Below the pieces are notes generated by a model. The model saw only the letters and a program-made list of their open reading frames with translations. It was not told the origin of the DNA and made no database searches. A program made the translations under genes and the position numbers. A stretch of 64,000 bases of DNA, from IMG/VR virus record IMGVR_UViG_2713897221_000004, positions 1 to 64,000 of that record; one strand, given 5' to 3'. The DNA is from a virus (Duplodnaviria; Caudoviricetes). Of the stretch, positions 17,804 through 28,227 are shown piece after piece (the first letter of the stretch is position 1; the number at the start of each line of letters is the position of its first letter).

Positions 17804-18553
17804 TCAGCTCCGGGCAATGAGGTTCACAGCGGGAAATCCCCCAAATGGGTAGGCATTTCCCTCACCAAATCGCGGGATGCAGCCCCTGCCCAGCGTGGCG
17901 TCGCATTCGTCCAGCTCTGGGTTGTCCGTGAGGTTGCCGTCCTTATCACGGTACGGCCCGGTGTACTGACAATTGGGGCCTCTGTAGCCGCCGGTGAGGC
18001 ACCAGTGGCACAAGGTCGTGGCCTGGCGGCCTATCGTCTCGCCGCCGACGTCTCCCGGGCTGGCCAGCTCCCAGCTGACCGTTTCCCCGTCTTCGTTGGT
18101 CTTCTGGTCGATGTACCAGACCTCGATCGTTTCCTGGGTGGGGTCAGCCGTTGGGTTGCCGCCCGGGAAGTTCTGCGCGTCCAGGTAGCTGCCCAGCGTG
18201 TGCCGCATGGTCAGCTTGAACTCGAGCAGATCATCGAAGGCCAGGCACAGGGCCGTGATGCGGCCGTTGACGTTGCCGACCGACAACGTCGGGCGTACCG
18301 CGGTGCCGTCGCCATTGGCTTCAATGCCGTCGATCTGCATGGGCCAGGCGCCGTATTCGTTGCCCTGCCACCAGATCGCCTTGGCCGGAAGCTGGTCGGC
18401 GTTTGGCCCCGCCGCCAACAGCTCCTCCGGTGTGTGCGGGATGGCGTGCCCGTGGAAGCGCAGCACGTCCGCCCCGTAGTCGGAACCGTCCAGCTCGAAG
18501 AGCAGTACCTCACTGCCAGGCTCGAGGGACTGGATATCGCTGATCAGTGGCAT
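17804..18553 (-). CDS. L: Minor tail protein L
   Basis: C-terminal Cys cluster (CHWC...YRGPNC...C...C) and FGGFP. Confidence 0.93.
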   Translation of the reverse strand: MPLISDIQSLEPGSEVLLFELDGSDYGADVLRFHGHAIPHTPEELLAAGPNADQLPAKAIWWQGNEYGAWPMQIDGIEANGDGTAVRPTLSVGNVNGRITALCLAFDDLLEFKLTMRHTLGSYLDAQNFPGGNPTADPTQETIEVWYIDQKTNEDGETVSWELASPGDVGGETIGRQATTLCHWCLTGGYRGPNCQYTGPYRDKDGNLTDNPELDECDATLGRGCIPRFGEGNAYPFGGFPAVNLIARS

Positions 18554-18562
18554 GGTTGCCCC

Positions 18563-18901
18563 TTATGGGTGAAAGGCACGGTCAAAGGTGGCCGTGAGTT
18601 TGAAAACGTCCCCGCCCACCGGGGTGGGAACAGGATTTTTGCAGGTGAACAGGCCGAGCTGGCCAAGCGGCGTTGTCCAGAGGAAAGCCTTCGCGCCGGC
18701 ATGCCGGTCGAGGAAGGCCATGATCTCCAACACCCTGGTCTTCGTGCCGCTGAAGGTGATTGGGTAAGAGTCCACTTTGTTGTTGGGACCGTCGCCGGCC
18801 TCCTGCTTGTAGCCGTCGCCGAATTGAGAGGTGCGCACCCGATAAGTGATCTCGGGTGCATCCCCATTCTGGGTTGGCCAAATGAATGTTTCGATAGCCA
18901 T
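18563..18901 (-). CDS. M: Minor tail protein M
   Basis: FGDGYKQ and FLDRHAGAKAFLWT motifs. Confidence 0.92.
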   Translation of the reverse strand: MAIETFIWPTQNGDAPEITYRVRTSQFGDGYKQEAGDGPNNKVDSYPITFSGTKTRVLEIMAFLDRHAGAKAFLWTTPLGQLGLFTCKNPVPTPVGGDVFKLTATFDRAFHP

Positions 18902-21900
18902 CAGGCCCTCCCGTTTGTGTTCCTGAAACTGGTACCACCGGCGCGCCACGAATCCGCCACAGCCTTTTCGGCTACCGCTTTCATCTGAGCCTGAAGGCTT
19001 TGCTGAAGAGCTTGCTGGTCGAGCTGCATGCCCTCCCCGCTACGGTCCTGCGTGACGATGCTCACCGGTGCGTTGATCTGGATGTTTGGCCCGCCGCTAC
19101 CACTCATAGCCGCTATTCCAACCCCACCTCCAGAGCTCAGGGGCGTAACGCTGCCTCCATTTGCCCCAGTCATCAGGAATGACCGGCCGCCCTCGTTGTA
19201 CAACTCCGGTCCGAGCTCGTTGACCTCGTACAGGGAGTTGGGCGCGACAGGACCACCAGCAGCTCGATATCCAGAGAAATCGACACCTGTATAGCCAGCC
19301 TGTGTACTACCAGCCGAGGCCGCCCCGGTACCGCTACCAACGAAGTAGTTGGTTGCTGCTCCCACCAAGCTGCCCAGCAACGCCGAACTGGCCTGACGGG
19401 TTGCAATCCGCGCCATATCTGCCAGCACCGACTTGGTGAAGTCGGAGAACGAGAACTTCCCGGTCATGGCGAAGTTGACCACCGAGTCCTCCATGGAGCT
19501 GAAGGCGCTGGTGAACAAGCTTTTCGTCTGGCCAGCAATGTCGCGAGCCGACTCAAGGTAGTTCTGCCACGCCGACGTAGCGCCGGCGCTCCAGCTACCC
19601 TGGGCAGCGGTCATCTCGTCGTAGTTGGCAATCGCCGTTCCCTGCAGGTCCCGCTGCGCCTTGTCCAGGGCCGCCAGTTTCTGGTTGTACTCGTCGAGGC
19701 TCATGCCGCGGGAGCCGTCGCCATACTGGTTGGCCAAGTCCAGGCGCTGTTGATTGACACGGTCATCAATAGCGTTTTGCTGGTCGGTCAGGCCGCGCTG
19801 CCGGTCACCTTGCCCAAGGCCGGCGGCCGCGCGCTGCCCCTGCCGGCGCAGAGTGTCGACTTGCTGCTGCAGGGCGCCGGTATAGGTGCTGACGGCCAGG
19901 GCCTGTTTCTTGAGCCTGCCCTCCTCGTTCGAGGCCAACACAGCCAGTTCCGAGTCGGCATCCTTCTGCGCCTTGACCATTGCCGCGCGAGCGTCGGCGA
20001 TCTTCTGGTCCAGCTGGATGCGCTGGGCAGCCGAGGTGCCGGCCTTGCCCTTGGTCGCCTCGAGCGCCGAGATTTCCGCCTCGTAAGCCGCGGTGACCTC
20101 GTCACGCTCGTTGCCGATCATGGCCTGACGCTTGAGCAGGTAGTCAGCCTGGGAGACCAGGCCGGCCTTCTGTGCGGCGTCCAGTTCCTTCTGGGCGTTT
20201 TTGTACTCGGACAGGATTCCGGTGAGGGCGTTTTTCGAGTTGTTGAAGTCGGTCAGGTCGACCTGAGTAGCTGCAGCTTTCGGATCCTTGTACTTCTCGT
20301 TTACGTCCTTGATCTGCCCGGCGACATATTCAGCAGAAACCCGCTTGTCGTTCGGATTTGCCGCACGAATTTTCTCAGTGTCCTCATTGATTTTTTTGAT
20401 CTCAAGAGCACGCTTTGCCTCGTTGGAAAGGTTAGCCAGATGCCGTGCATCCGCCCGAGTGGTCGCTGCACTCGCGTCATCCTCGATCTTTTGGCGGGCA
20501 GCTTGATCCTTGGTGTACTTGGTCTCAGCTGCATCTTTTACTTCGAGGCCCTTGATGTAGTCCCTGAGACTTTGCTTGCCTTTTTCGCCGATGTAGACGA
20601 CATCTTCGCCAGGGATCATTTCGCTGCCACCGCGACTTTCCAGTCGGCTCAGTGTCTCCCGTGCCGTCTGAATGCGTTCCGCATTGGTTTGGCTGCGACC
20701 GACATTCTTGAGATTGTCTGCAGCCCTCGCGACGAGGTTGTAACCCTTCTCCCAAAGGCTGAGGTTTTCAAGGATTTTTGGGGTTCGATTATTGATAGCG
20801 TCAGCATACTGATCGGTCGCCAGCTTCACGGCTTCCGCATGCTTGCCTTGCTCCTCCAATGCCACAATCTGCGAATAAACCGAGGCAGTCAGGTAGTGGT
20901 ATTGCTCATTGAGCGCAGCCGAAGCCTTTACTGGTTCGTCAGCGATCTTCGCGAACTCGGAGATCGTCTCGCTTACCGCCTTGCCAGTTGCTTCTTGCAT
21001 GGAGACGGCAGCCTGAGTAATGCCAAGGAAGCTTTCTCCGGCTATTTTTCCGTTTCCAGCTAGAGTCGCCAGAACCTCAGCCGCCTGCCCCGTCGTCCCA
21101 ACGGTATCGCCGACCTGTTTGGCCATGACTCCAAGCTGAGAAGCGGTAAGCCCCGCTGATCCGCCAGTCAGGATCAGTGAATTGTTGAAGGCGTCCTGCT
21201 CTTCACTGCCTTTGTAATAGGCATATGCCAATCCGCCGATTGCGGCCGTGAGGAGGGCGATAGGTGCAGCCAGAGCAATAAGGCTCGTTGCTGATGCGCC
21301 AGCACCCGCTCCAAGCTGAGCAATTGCCCGTGCACCACTGCCCCAATCGCCGGATTGCAAGGCGTTGGTCAACTGCATCACGTTTTCTTGCGCCTGGCGG
21401 GTGCCGAGCTTCAGCTTGTCGAATGCAGTCTCTGTCGCGGTGATGCCGGTGCGATCCTTGCCGATCTTGGCCAGCCTCTCCGCATAAGCTTCGGCGTCGA
21501 TTCCGCCAGCTTTGTGCAAATCGTTCAGCGCCTTCTCTTGCGCCTCCAGCTTGGCCAGCTTCGCGACCATTGGATCAATACCGTTGACGGTGCGCTTGAG
21601 TGCATCAATCCGGCGATTCTCTGCCTCGATCAGCCTCTGCTTCTGTGCAAGCTCCTTGGCTTCGGCCTTCTCGATCCTATCGAATGCCTTGCCGAGCCGC
21701 TCTTGATAGGCCTCCTGCTGCTCGATGGTGACCAGGCCGCCTTTACGGGCGCGCTCCAGCAACCCTTCAGCCTGAATCAGTTGCTCCATGCTGCCGATGT
21801 TGCCGGACATCGCCTTGTCGAGCTGGCTGATGATCGCGATTTCGCTGGCAGCACTTGCCCCGGCCTTACGGCTGGCGTCGACTTGGCGCTCTTTGGCACC

Positions 21901-22107
21901 GGTAGCCTTATCGATGCCTTGGGCAGCCTCAGTCTCGGCCTGGCTGATTTTTTTGCCGGTGTTAGCCAGACCTTCGCCTGCCTTGCCCAGGCCGTCGACA
22001 GCCTTCTCCGCACCCTCGGCCGCATCGACCAGCTCATCCAGGACGTCGTTCGCCCTCGAAACGTCAGCAGTATCGATCCTGATGCCAAGCGATGTGAAAT
22101 CGGTCAT
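18901..22107 (-). CDS. H: Tail tape measure protein
   Basis: 1068 aa, Ala-rich helical, lambda-type TMP features and expected position. Confidence 0.93.
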   Translation of the reverse strand: MTDFTSLGIRIDTADVSRANDVLDELVDAAEGAEKAVDGLGKAGEGLANTGKKISQAETEAAQGIDKATGAKERQVDASRKAGASAASEIAIISQLDKAMSGNIGSMEQLIQAEGLLERARKGGLVTIEQQEAYQERLGKAFDRIEKAEAKELAQKQRLIEAENRRIDALKRTVNGIDPMVAKLAKLEAQEKALNDLHKAGGIDAEAYAERLAKIGKDRTGITATETAFDKLKLGTRQAQENVMQLTNALQSGDWGSGARAIAQLGAGAGASATSLIALAAPIALLTAAIGGLAYAYYKGSEEQDAFNNSLILTGGSAGLTASQLGVMAKQVGDTVGTTGQAAEVLATLAGNGKIAGESFLGITQAAVSMQEATGKAVSETISEFAKIADEPVKASAALNEQYHYLTASVYSQIVALEEQGKHAEAVKLATDQYADAINNRTPKILENLSLWEKGYNLVARAADNLKNVGRSQTNAERIQTARETLSRLESRGGSEMIPGEDVVYIGEKGKQSLRDYIKGLEVKDAAETKYTKDQAARQKIEDDASAATTRADARHLANLSNEAKRALEIKKINEDTEKIRAANPNDKRVSAEYVAGQIKDVNEKYKDPKAAATQVDLTDFNNSKNALTGILSEYKNAQKELDAAQKAGLVSQADYLLKRQAMIGNERDEVTAAYEAEISALEATKGKAGTSAAQRIQLDQKIADARAAMVKAQKDADSELAVLASNEEGRLKKQALAVSTYTGALQQQVDTLRRQGQRAAAGLGQGDRQRGLTDQQNAIDDRVNQQRLDLANQYGDGSRGMSLDEYNQKLAALDKAQRDLQGTAIANYDEMTAAQGSWSAGATSAWQNYLESARDIAGQTKSLFTSAFSSMEDSVVNFAMTGKFSFSDFTKSVLADMARIATRQASSALLGSLVGAATNYFVGSGTGAASAGSTQAGYTGVDFSGYRAAGGPVAPNSLYEVNELGPELYNEGGRSFLMTGANGGSVTPLSSGGGVGIAAMSGSGGPNIQINAPVSIVTQDRSGEGMQLDQQALQQSLQAQMKAVAEKAVADSWRAGGTSFRNTNGRA

Positions 22108-22358
22108 TTGTTATCTCTCTGTTCCGCCATCACCTGCAGGGCTTCAGCCTCCATGTGCCGGATATCGCTGAAGATGATTTGCCGATCCTTGACGGGGACA
22201 CCACACATTCGAATAACGCTAGGTAGAACGGCATAGTCCAGACCAGTAGCGCCGCACGCGCCCACCCGCCACTGGGTGCTCATCGCCTCGAAGACGGTGA
22301 AGGCCGGCCAGTTGTCCGGCCAAACCTCGCAATCCTGACCAGTCAGATCTCCCGCCAA
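22104..22358 (-). CDS. Tail assembly chaperone, frameshift extension (gpT-like)
   Basis: VWPDNW...TQWR...GLDY motif; in the -1 frame of the upstream chaperone gene. Confidence 0.85.
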   Translation of the reverse strand: MAGDLTGQDCEVWPDNWPAFTVFEAMSTQWRVGACGATGLDYAVLPSVIRMCGVPVKDRQIIFSDIRHMEAEALQVMAEQRDNK

Positions 22359-22420
22359 GAAGCCAAAGGACCTCAGCTCATTAGCGGAAGGCTCCTGCTC
22401 ATAGAGGGCGCGCGCGGCGC

Positions 22421-22801
22421 TTAGGAGTTTCCCAGGCGGGACTGGTTGAAGGCTTCAGAGTACGCAGCAAGCACCGCACCAGAAGCCGATACGATCGATG
22501 TGACCAGGATGCGGATGTTCTGCTCGGTAAACTTTTCCTTGATGTCCCAGCTAGCTACCACGGCCTTGATCTGGTCAACTTCCAAGTCGATCTTGGCAGC
22601 GGTGAACTCTTTCAGGTCCATCTCCTCGACCTTCATCCCCAGCTCCCTGTGACGCTCGCCCCACTCAGCGTACAGAGCCGCCAGTGCGGTTCGGTCGAGA
22701 TACTTGAACTCGAACTCCACCTTCACCTGCTCGCCGCCGACGCGCGGGATCATCACGTCGGCCTTGAAGGTCGGGTTCTGGATCAGCGTGAACTTAGCCA
22801 T
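22421..22801 (-). CDS. Tail assembly chaperone (gpG-like)
   Basis: Lies between tail tube and TMP; ends ...RLGNS. Confidence 0.85.
   Translation of the reverse strand: MAKFTLIQNPTFKADVMIPRVGGEQVKVEFEFKYLDRTALAALYAEWGERHRELGMKVEEMDLKEFTAAKIDLEVDQIKAVVASWDIKEKFTEQNIRILVTSIVSASGAVLAAYSEAFNQSRLGNS
22427..22433 (-). promoter_or_regulatory. -1 programmed frameshift slippery site
   Basis: G GGA AAC; the -1 frame is open (KLLSAARALYE...) into 22104-22358. Confidence 0.85.
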
Positions 22802-22804
22802 GGG

Positions 22805-23461
22805 TTACACCACCGCGGTCAGGTAACGAGTCGGTTCGGCCTGCAGCGCCAGGTTTACGGTGCGGGTCAGCAGATTGTTGCGAGAAACTGCAGGCTGCTT
22901 GGAGAACGAGGTATAGGCGCCGTAGAGCAGCGAGTCATTGCCCGGCAGATTGAGGCGTGCGGCCTGCACCTGCTTGCCAACGTCAGCCGCCAGCAGCACC
23001 GCATTGAAAGCCTGGGCCGGGTCATCGGCGATAGTCAGCACCATGCTGGCGGCGGACTTGTCGGTCGGGATCTGTTTGCCCTGATCATTCTCCAGGAACA
23101 CCACGTCCAGGTAATTCTGCTCACCGCCGGAGAAGGCCAGGTCGGTGACTTGCGGAATCTGCACCCAGGTCAACACTTTTTTCATGCTGCCAGCCCCGCT
23201 ACCGGCCGGGAAAATCTGGGTGTCGGTGGTGTCGACCCCTTCCAGGGTGATCGCAGTTGCAGTGGCTGCCTTCACGCGCACCACCTTGTTGTCGAGCTTG
23301 CTCCAGCCGGAGCTGAGCAGAACGATATCGCCGGCGGACAAAGTGGCGCCGACTACCGTGGCCACTGCTTCGGATGCGTTAGTGATCGCGGTGAATGCCA
23401 GCGCAGCAGCATAGGTCGCGGCGTGCTGGAAGGTGCCGCCATTCGGGAGTTTGTAGCCCAT
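22805..23461 (-). CDS. Major tail tube protein
   Basis: MGYKLPNG...SGGEQ; position in tail operon. Confidence 0.88.
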   Translation of the reverse strand: MGYKLPNGGTFQHAATYAAALAFTAITNASEAVATVVGATLSAGDIVLLSSGWSKLDNKVVRVKAATATAITLEGVDTTDTQIFPAGSGAGSMKKVLTWVQIPQVTDLAFSGGEQNYLDVVFLENDQGKQIPTDKSAASMVLTIADDPAQAFNAVLLAADVGKQVQAARLNLPGNDSLLYGAYTSFSKQPAVSRNNLLTRTVNLALQAEPTRYLTAVV

Positions 23462-23532
23462 GGGATTTTCCTCTTTACAGAAATGACAAAACCCGCTCAA
23501 TGGCGGGTTCAGTGGTTTGCCCAATGGGCGGA

Positions 23533-23952
23533 TTAGAAAGTGTCTGCGCGGTACGTGAACCTCAGTGGCAACGTGCTTGTGGTGTCACTTTGGAGCGCAG
23601 AAGCTGTAGCCATTGGAGACCGGACGAATACCGAAAACCCGAACTTGCTGAGTTCCAGATTGTTTGGGAAAAGAGCCTGTAGCTCCTCCGCAATCAAACC
23701 GTCACTGCCGCGGCCATTTCCAGCCTTCGTTACTACGCTGACCTGAAATACCCCTCGGTATGAAGTGTGCCTCCCTTCAAGGTCTTCGCTATCCGTATCG
23801 CCAGGCAGAAGGAAGGCCTTCAGGTATGCGCTGCCATCCGTTGGTGCCGTAAATGGCACGTTTTCGAATGCAATCGGGAGTTTTGGAATCCGGGCGTCGG
23901 CCCAGGCCTTTAGTCGCTTCTCGAACAGGCTGCGTATGATCAGATCGCTCAT
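23533..23952 (-). CDS. Tail terminator-like protein
   Basis: IAFENVPF...GVFQVSV; position. Confidence 0.75.
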   Translation of the reverse strand: MSDLIIRSLFEKRLKAWADARIPKLPIAFENVPFTAPTDGSAYLKAFLLPGDTDSEDLEGRHTSYRGVFQVSVVTKAGNGRGSDGLIAEELQALFPNNLELSKFGFSVFVRSPMATASALQSDTTSTLPLRFTYRADTF

Positions 23953-24584
23953 TAGGGAAGCTCCGCGACAGCTTTGTTCACAGACATCTGGAACTCAGTT
24001 GCGGTGATACCAACCATTCCAGCCGGCGCCTGGCTTGACCAGCCTTCATATTCAAGGCGGTGTCCATAAGGCAAGTTGTTCATGAGCCAGATGCTGCTTA
24101 CATCGCCGCTGAATCCCTCGAGCATCAGTTTGCCGACGGCCTTAGTGGACCCACCACCTGGATCAACAATATCCAGGGTTCCAGTCTTCGCGGTGTCGAA
24201 CGATACCTGCCAGTTGGCCCGGAATCGCCCGCCAACATAGTCCTTGCCCGCCACCAAGCCATTCACATCGAAGTTCTGAGTGCGCTCGGTCTTGGTCAGT
24301 GGCTTGGCATATTTCACTCCGCGGCGCAGCTTGCCAGTCTTGGTGAAATTGCTCTCGTCCAGGTTGATCAGCGTGTTGCGTACTGCGACCTTGAAGTCGT
24401 AGTCGTCGGCCGCCCGCGTGTTGGCCTGACGGTGCGCAATGTTGGCAGCCCAAAGCTCAGGATTGCCGACTGGAGACCTATCGACGATCTTGGACAGCAT
24501 ATCGATGGCAGCCTTCTGGACTATCTGCTCAGCATTGCCCTTGGTCTTTTCAACAAAGGCTTTCATGTCGAGTGAGAAGCTCAT
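23952..24584 (-). CDS. HK97 gp10-like neck protein
   Basis: SPVG, GRFRANW, NNLPY..RLEY and SQAPAGMV motifs. Confidence 0.8.
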   Translation of the reverse strand: MSFSLDMKAFVEKTKGNAEQIVQKAAIDMLSKIVDRSPVGNPELWAANIAHRQANTRAADDYDFKVAVRNTLINLDESNFTKTGKLRRGVKYAKPLTKTERTQNFDVNGLVAGKDYVGGRFRANWQVSFDTAKTGTLDIVDPGGGSTKAVGKLMLEGFSGDVSSIWLMNNLPYGHRLEYEGWSSQAPAGMVGITATEFQMSVNKAVAELP

Positions 24585-24970
24585 TTTCTGGCCTGCACAC
24601 TGAAGCCGACAACTAGGCCGGCGTAACTCCATGGGTCAACAGCCTGAACCGTATACGTCTCGCCATCGAACAGCAGCTTGTCCTGGGTCGTTGGCTTCGG
24701 CGTATCGGCACCATCGAGCAGTAGCGGCGAGATAAGGATCTTGACGTCGCCCTGCTTGATCAATGATCCGTCGATATCCTTCAGGCTGTAGTTTTCGCGA
24801 AAACCAGAGCCTTCGAAGGTGGTGATCGTTTCGCCGCCAGTGCCTGTCTCCGGGTCATACTCGCCATTGGCGATCTGGAGCAGAGACAACTCCAACCCCT
24901 TCCCGCCTTTCGATCTCGGCGCCAACATACGGGCAGCTGAAGCCTTCGCCCGATCATAAATATCTGCCAT
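24581..24970 (-). CDS. Head closure protein
   Basis: YDPETG and IDGSLIKQGD motifs; position. Confidence 0.7.
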   Translation of the reverse strand: MADIYDRAKASAARMLAPRSKGGKGLELSLLQIANGEYDPETGTGGETITTFEGSGFRENYSLKDIDGSLIKQGDVKILISPLLLDGADTPKPTTQDKLLFDGETYTVQAVDPWSYAGLVVGFSVQARK

Positions 24971-25464
24971 CAGCTTCGTACCAGATTGACCTGACTTGAG
25001 GATTCCAGCAGCCCCGCGAACTGTGCATAGGACTGCCGGGTTGCTGCCGGCTTACTCACCGAAGCGCTGGCTACGGCAAAAGTCGTGCTGATAGGGCCAA
25101 CCGATTCGGAAACCACCGCTCCTGTTTTGGTTGTCGGATCCTCAAGGTCATCAGCATGGATTTCCGTAGCCAGGGCGAGCTGGCCAGCCTTCACCTGCGC
25201 AGGGATCTCATTGAGAGGAAGAACCCACCCCTGGCGCTTCACGCTCGCCCTGGGCCAGGCCAGCGCCTGATCTCGGCTCACTGTTTGCCCCTTCCACGGC
25301 AAAGAGGTCATTTGGAGAGCCGACCGACGCAGTAGCGCCTCTTGCGCCGCCACATCCGCCGGAATGACCCTGCCGAAGTTCGCGGCATAGGTGACCAGCT
25401 CAGCAGTCGTCGCAAAGCTATCAGCGCCTGGCACCACGCTACCGTTCTCGATCACCAGAGCCAT
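24970..25464 (-). CDS. Head-tail adaptor
   Basis: ADSF, QALAWPR, IPAQVK and VGPIS motifs. Confidence 0.75.
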   Translation of the reverse strand: MALVIENGSVVPGADSFATTAELVTYAANFGRVIPADVAAQEALLRRSALQMTSLPWKGQTVSRDQALAWPRASVKRQGWVLPLNEIPAQVKAGQLALATEIHADDLEDPTTKTGAVVSESVGPISTTFAVASASVSKPAATRQSYAQFAGLLESSSQVNLVRS

Positions 25465-25465
25465 G

Positions 25466-25801
25466 TCATACCTCTTTCCAGCCGAGACGCTTGTGATCGT
25501 CTACGCAGGACGGGTGCACATGAATCTCCTCGTCGCCCTGCTCCATTTGGACCAGTCCGCTGTAATCCGGCTCAGCATCTTCCGGCAAGGGTTTGCCCGA
25601 TGCGTGGGCAGCTGCCGCTTCATCTGCAAGACGCCTTTCCTCTTGCGCAGCCAGATCAAGTGCGTCCTGCGCGCTTTTGCTCCAGTCAGCGCGCTCCTGC
25701 TCGTCCAGACTCTCGAAACTCTCAGCACTCAATCCACTGAGTTCGATTGCCTTAGCCAGTAGAACCTTCGCCGCTTTTTGTTCTTTCGTCAGTCCAGCCA
25801 T
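25466..25801 (-). CDS. Hypothetical head-region protein
   Basis: 111-aa ORF after the capsid gene. Confidence 0.65.
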   Translation of the reverse strand: MAGLTKEQKAAKVLLAKAIELSGLSAESFESLDEQERADWSKSAQDALDLAAQEERRLADEAAAAHASGKPLPEDAEPDYSGLVQMEQGDEEIHVHPSCVDDHKRLGWKEV

Positions 25802-25858
25802 TGTCTTTCTCCAGAAACAACGCAGGGGCCGAAGCCCCTGGTTGTCGTTGTGGTTGAG

Positions 25859-27007
25859 TTAGCCGATCAACAGGCCGATGTGCTCATCTTTGATGGCTCG
25901 GCAGCCCCAGGCCAGACGGACGTGATAGGCCGTTTGCAGGAACTGACGGTACACCGCCACTTCGAACGACAGGCCGGTCAGAGGATCGGTGATGGTGATG
26001 ACATCGTCTGCCGAGTCACCGCCGTCTGGCATTGCTGGGGCGCGGGTTGCAAGAACGATCGCCGAGCGGGCAAACGCCACGTTTGCGGTGTACGAGTTAC
26101 CTAGGGTCAACGCGTTACCGGTCGGGATCAGGATCTGCGAGCCTGGCTTATTCAGCGTGATGGTGCCCGGAGCGACCACGCCAGTGCCAACGACGTATTG
26201 GTTGTCGCCATCAGCGGCGAAGGTCGCGATATCGCCGGCCAACACGGTGCCGGTACCTGTGGCCAACGCGATGTTGGTCGCACCTACCGCAGTAGCGCCG
26301 CTGGTGACGTATGCAGCGCCAGTGCCCTTAACGTGGCGCCCCACCTGATGAGAATGACGGATGGCCATGTTCATGATGCGGTCGGTCATACCGTTGCGCA
26401 GCATGTCACTGGATCCAGCCTCGTTGACCTTGAACAAGCCAGATTGCTTACCACGCATGTTGCCGATGGCCGAGTGCCCCAGGACCAACTGCAGGTCGTT
26501 GGTCGGCGTACCGTTCTGCTCGAGGATGCCCAGCACGCCAGCGAAGTCAGACAGGTCGGCGGCGGTACCAAACGGCGTGGTGCCGGCGGTGCCGTAGGCG
26601 CGCGATGCATTACGGTAAGCCTCGAGCCAGAGGTCTTTCTCGATCTCGTTCACCAGGGTGCGCATCGCCTGATAGAAGCGGTCAGCCTGGATGGACGAGA
26701 AGGTGCCGGCGTTTTGCAGCCCGCGGGTTTGCTCACCATTCCAGCGAACCGGAACGTGCTTGCTCTTGGTGATCGCGACCGCGACGTTGTCGACAATGGT
26801 GTCACCAGAGTCAGGGGCCGTCACACCCGGGATGTTATCTGCCGCCGGCGCCTCGGTGGTGATCGGAACCAGAACGTCCTGGCCGATCGCTGCACGAGCA
26901 ACGGAAGAGTCGCGGGATACCGCCGGGATGAAGCCCGTCATCTCTCGCGAAATGACATCCAGCGCTTCGTACAGGTCCGGCACGAGGCCGTTAAGGGTGT
27001 TCGCCAT
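25859..27007 (-). CDS. Major capsid protein (P22 coat-like)
   Basis: MANTLNGLVPDLY...; 382 aa after the scaffold gene. Confidence 0.88.
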   Translation of the reverse strand: MANTLNGLVPDLYEALDVISREMTGFIPAVSRDSSVARAAIGQDVLVPITTEAPAADNIPGVTAPDSGDTIVDNVAVAITKSKHVPVRWNGEQTRGLQNAGTFSSIQADRFYQAMRTLVNEIEKDLWLEAYRNASRAYGTAGTTPFGTAADLSDFAGVLGILEQNGTPTNDLQLVLGHSAIGNMRGKQSGLFKVNEAGSSDMLRNGMTDRIMNMAIRHSHQVGRHVKGTGAAYVTSGATAVGATNIALATGTGTVLAGDIATFAADGDNQYVVGTGVVAPGTITLNKPGSQILIPTGNALTLGNSYTANVAFARSAIVLATRAPAMPDGGDSADDVITITDPLTGLSFEVAVYRQFLQTAYHVRLAWGCRAIKDEHIGLLIG

Positions 27008-27083
27008 TTTGGCTTTCTCCACAAAAAAAGCCCGCTCAAAGGCGGGCATTGATTACTTGCCGGGCAAACCCCGGCGGCTTTGG

Positions 27084-27872
27084 TCAGTCAGTAACCGTGC
27101 CGCCATTGCGTGCGTGATCGGCCTTGCCGGCCGGGTCGAGCGCATCGAATGCAGTACGGGAAAGCGTTTTGCCGCCACCGCCCTTGCCGCCATTGTTCGG
27201 AGCGCCCCCGCCATTGCCAGCGGAACTCTTCAGAATGTTGTCGCGGTGCGGGTAGCGCTCGACGAGGGCTTCCAGGGCTTCGTCGAAGTCAGCCAGTTCA
27301 CCCGGACGGGCACGGCTGTAGATCTTGTTTCCGTCCTCACCGTAGGCAACCACTTTGCCGTCTTCGACCTTGAAGGCCTTGCCGAAGGTGTTCTGCAGCA
27401 TGTCAGGCGGCACGGCGATCTTTTCGGTGACGAACTTGGAGCGTCCAAAGGCGCCGCCAATTTTCTCCTGGTAGAGGATGTTGGTGGTGGTATCGCGTTC
27501 GGCAGTGACGGTCTTCACCTGCTCTGCGAGCGCAGTAACCTGAGCCTTGAACTTCTCTTCGGTGGCAGCGATTGCAGCGACCTTGATCTCTTCAACCTTG
27601 CCAGCCTGAACCAGCTGGCCGGCGTCGAGGTTCGCAACAGTCGCCAGGGCGGCGCGAGCCTTTTCAGGATCGTCGATCCCCTCAAAAGCCTTGGCTCGAG
27701 TCTCGGCAGCCTCTTTGGCTTCACGGTGGCCTTTGGCTTCAGCGTTCAGCGCAGTGATTTTGGATACAGCCGACGGCGCGTCAAACGCCACGTCCTTTCC
27801 ATCATCATGCGTGTAGACCGGCTTTCCATCCTGGACAACCACATGGCCTTGTTCGTCGAGCTTCAGTTTCAT
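27084..27872 (-). CDS. Capsid scaffolding protein
   Basis: Coiled coil with a Gly-rich linker and short C-terminal helix; precedes the capsid gene. Confidence 0.8.
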   Translation of the reverse strand: MKLKLDEQGHVVVQDGKPVYTHDDGKDVAFDAPSAVSKITALNAEAKGHREAKEAAETRAKAFEGIDDPEKARAALATVANLDAGQLVQAGKVEEIKVAAIAATEEKFKAQVTALAEQVKTVTAERDTTTNILYQEKIGGAFGRSKFVTEKIAVPPDMLQNTFGKAFKVEDGKVVAYGEDGNKIYSRARPGELADFDEALEALVERYPHRDNILKSSAGNGGGAPNNGGKGGGGKTLSRTAFDALDPAGKADHARNGGTVTD

Positions 27873-28005
27873 CGGTTCATCTCCGGGCATCCGCCCATCT
27901 GGTAGGCCATCCGGCCCGGTGCGACGCTATCCATCCGGAATCGCGCCCATAAAAAAGCCCCGGCGGATGCCAGGGCTGTTTGGTGTTCGTGTTTAGCTTG
28001 CTCGA

Positions 28006-28227
28006 TTAACGATTTCGTAGTTTCTCGATTATGAGCAGATCAACATAGTCACTTCCAGAGGAACTCTCGCTGTGCTCTTTAACTACCCTCACAATGCCTT
28101 CCCTCTGGAAGTTTCGAATCTCGCGGGCCACAGCTTGAAAGGCTTGGAGCGATACGCCGTGCTTTTGCGGGGACAAAGTAAACGTCGACCCAACAGTCGT
28201 CGTGTCAATGAGTGATGCAAGATCCAT
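28006..28227 (-). CDS. Hypothetical protein
   Basis: 73-aa ORF with GAGG RBS. Confidence 0.55.
   Translation of the reverse strand: MDLASLIDTTTVGSTFTLSPQKHGVSLQAFQAVAREIRNFQREGIVRVVKEHSESSSGSDYVDLLIIEKLRNR

Noticed and set aside
17564-27905. Long plus-strand ORFs opposite structural genes (e.g. 17564-18988, 19750-21063, 26691-27905)
   Set aside because: These are antisense shadows typical of high-GC coding DNA and have no recognisable motifs.
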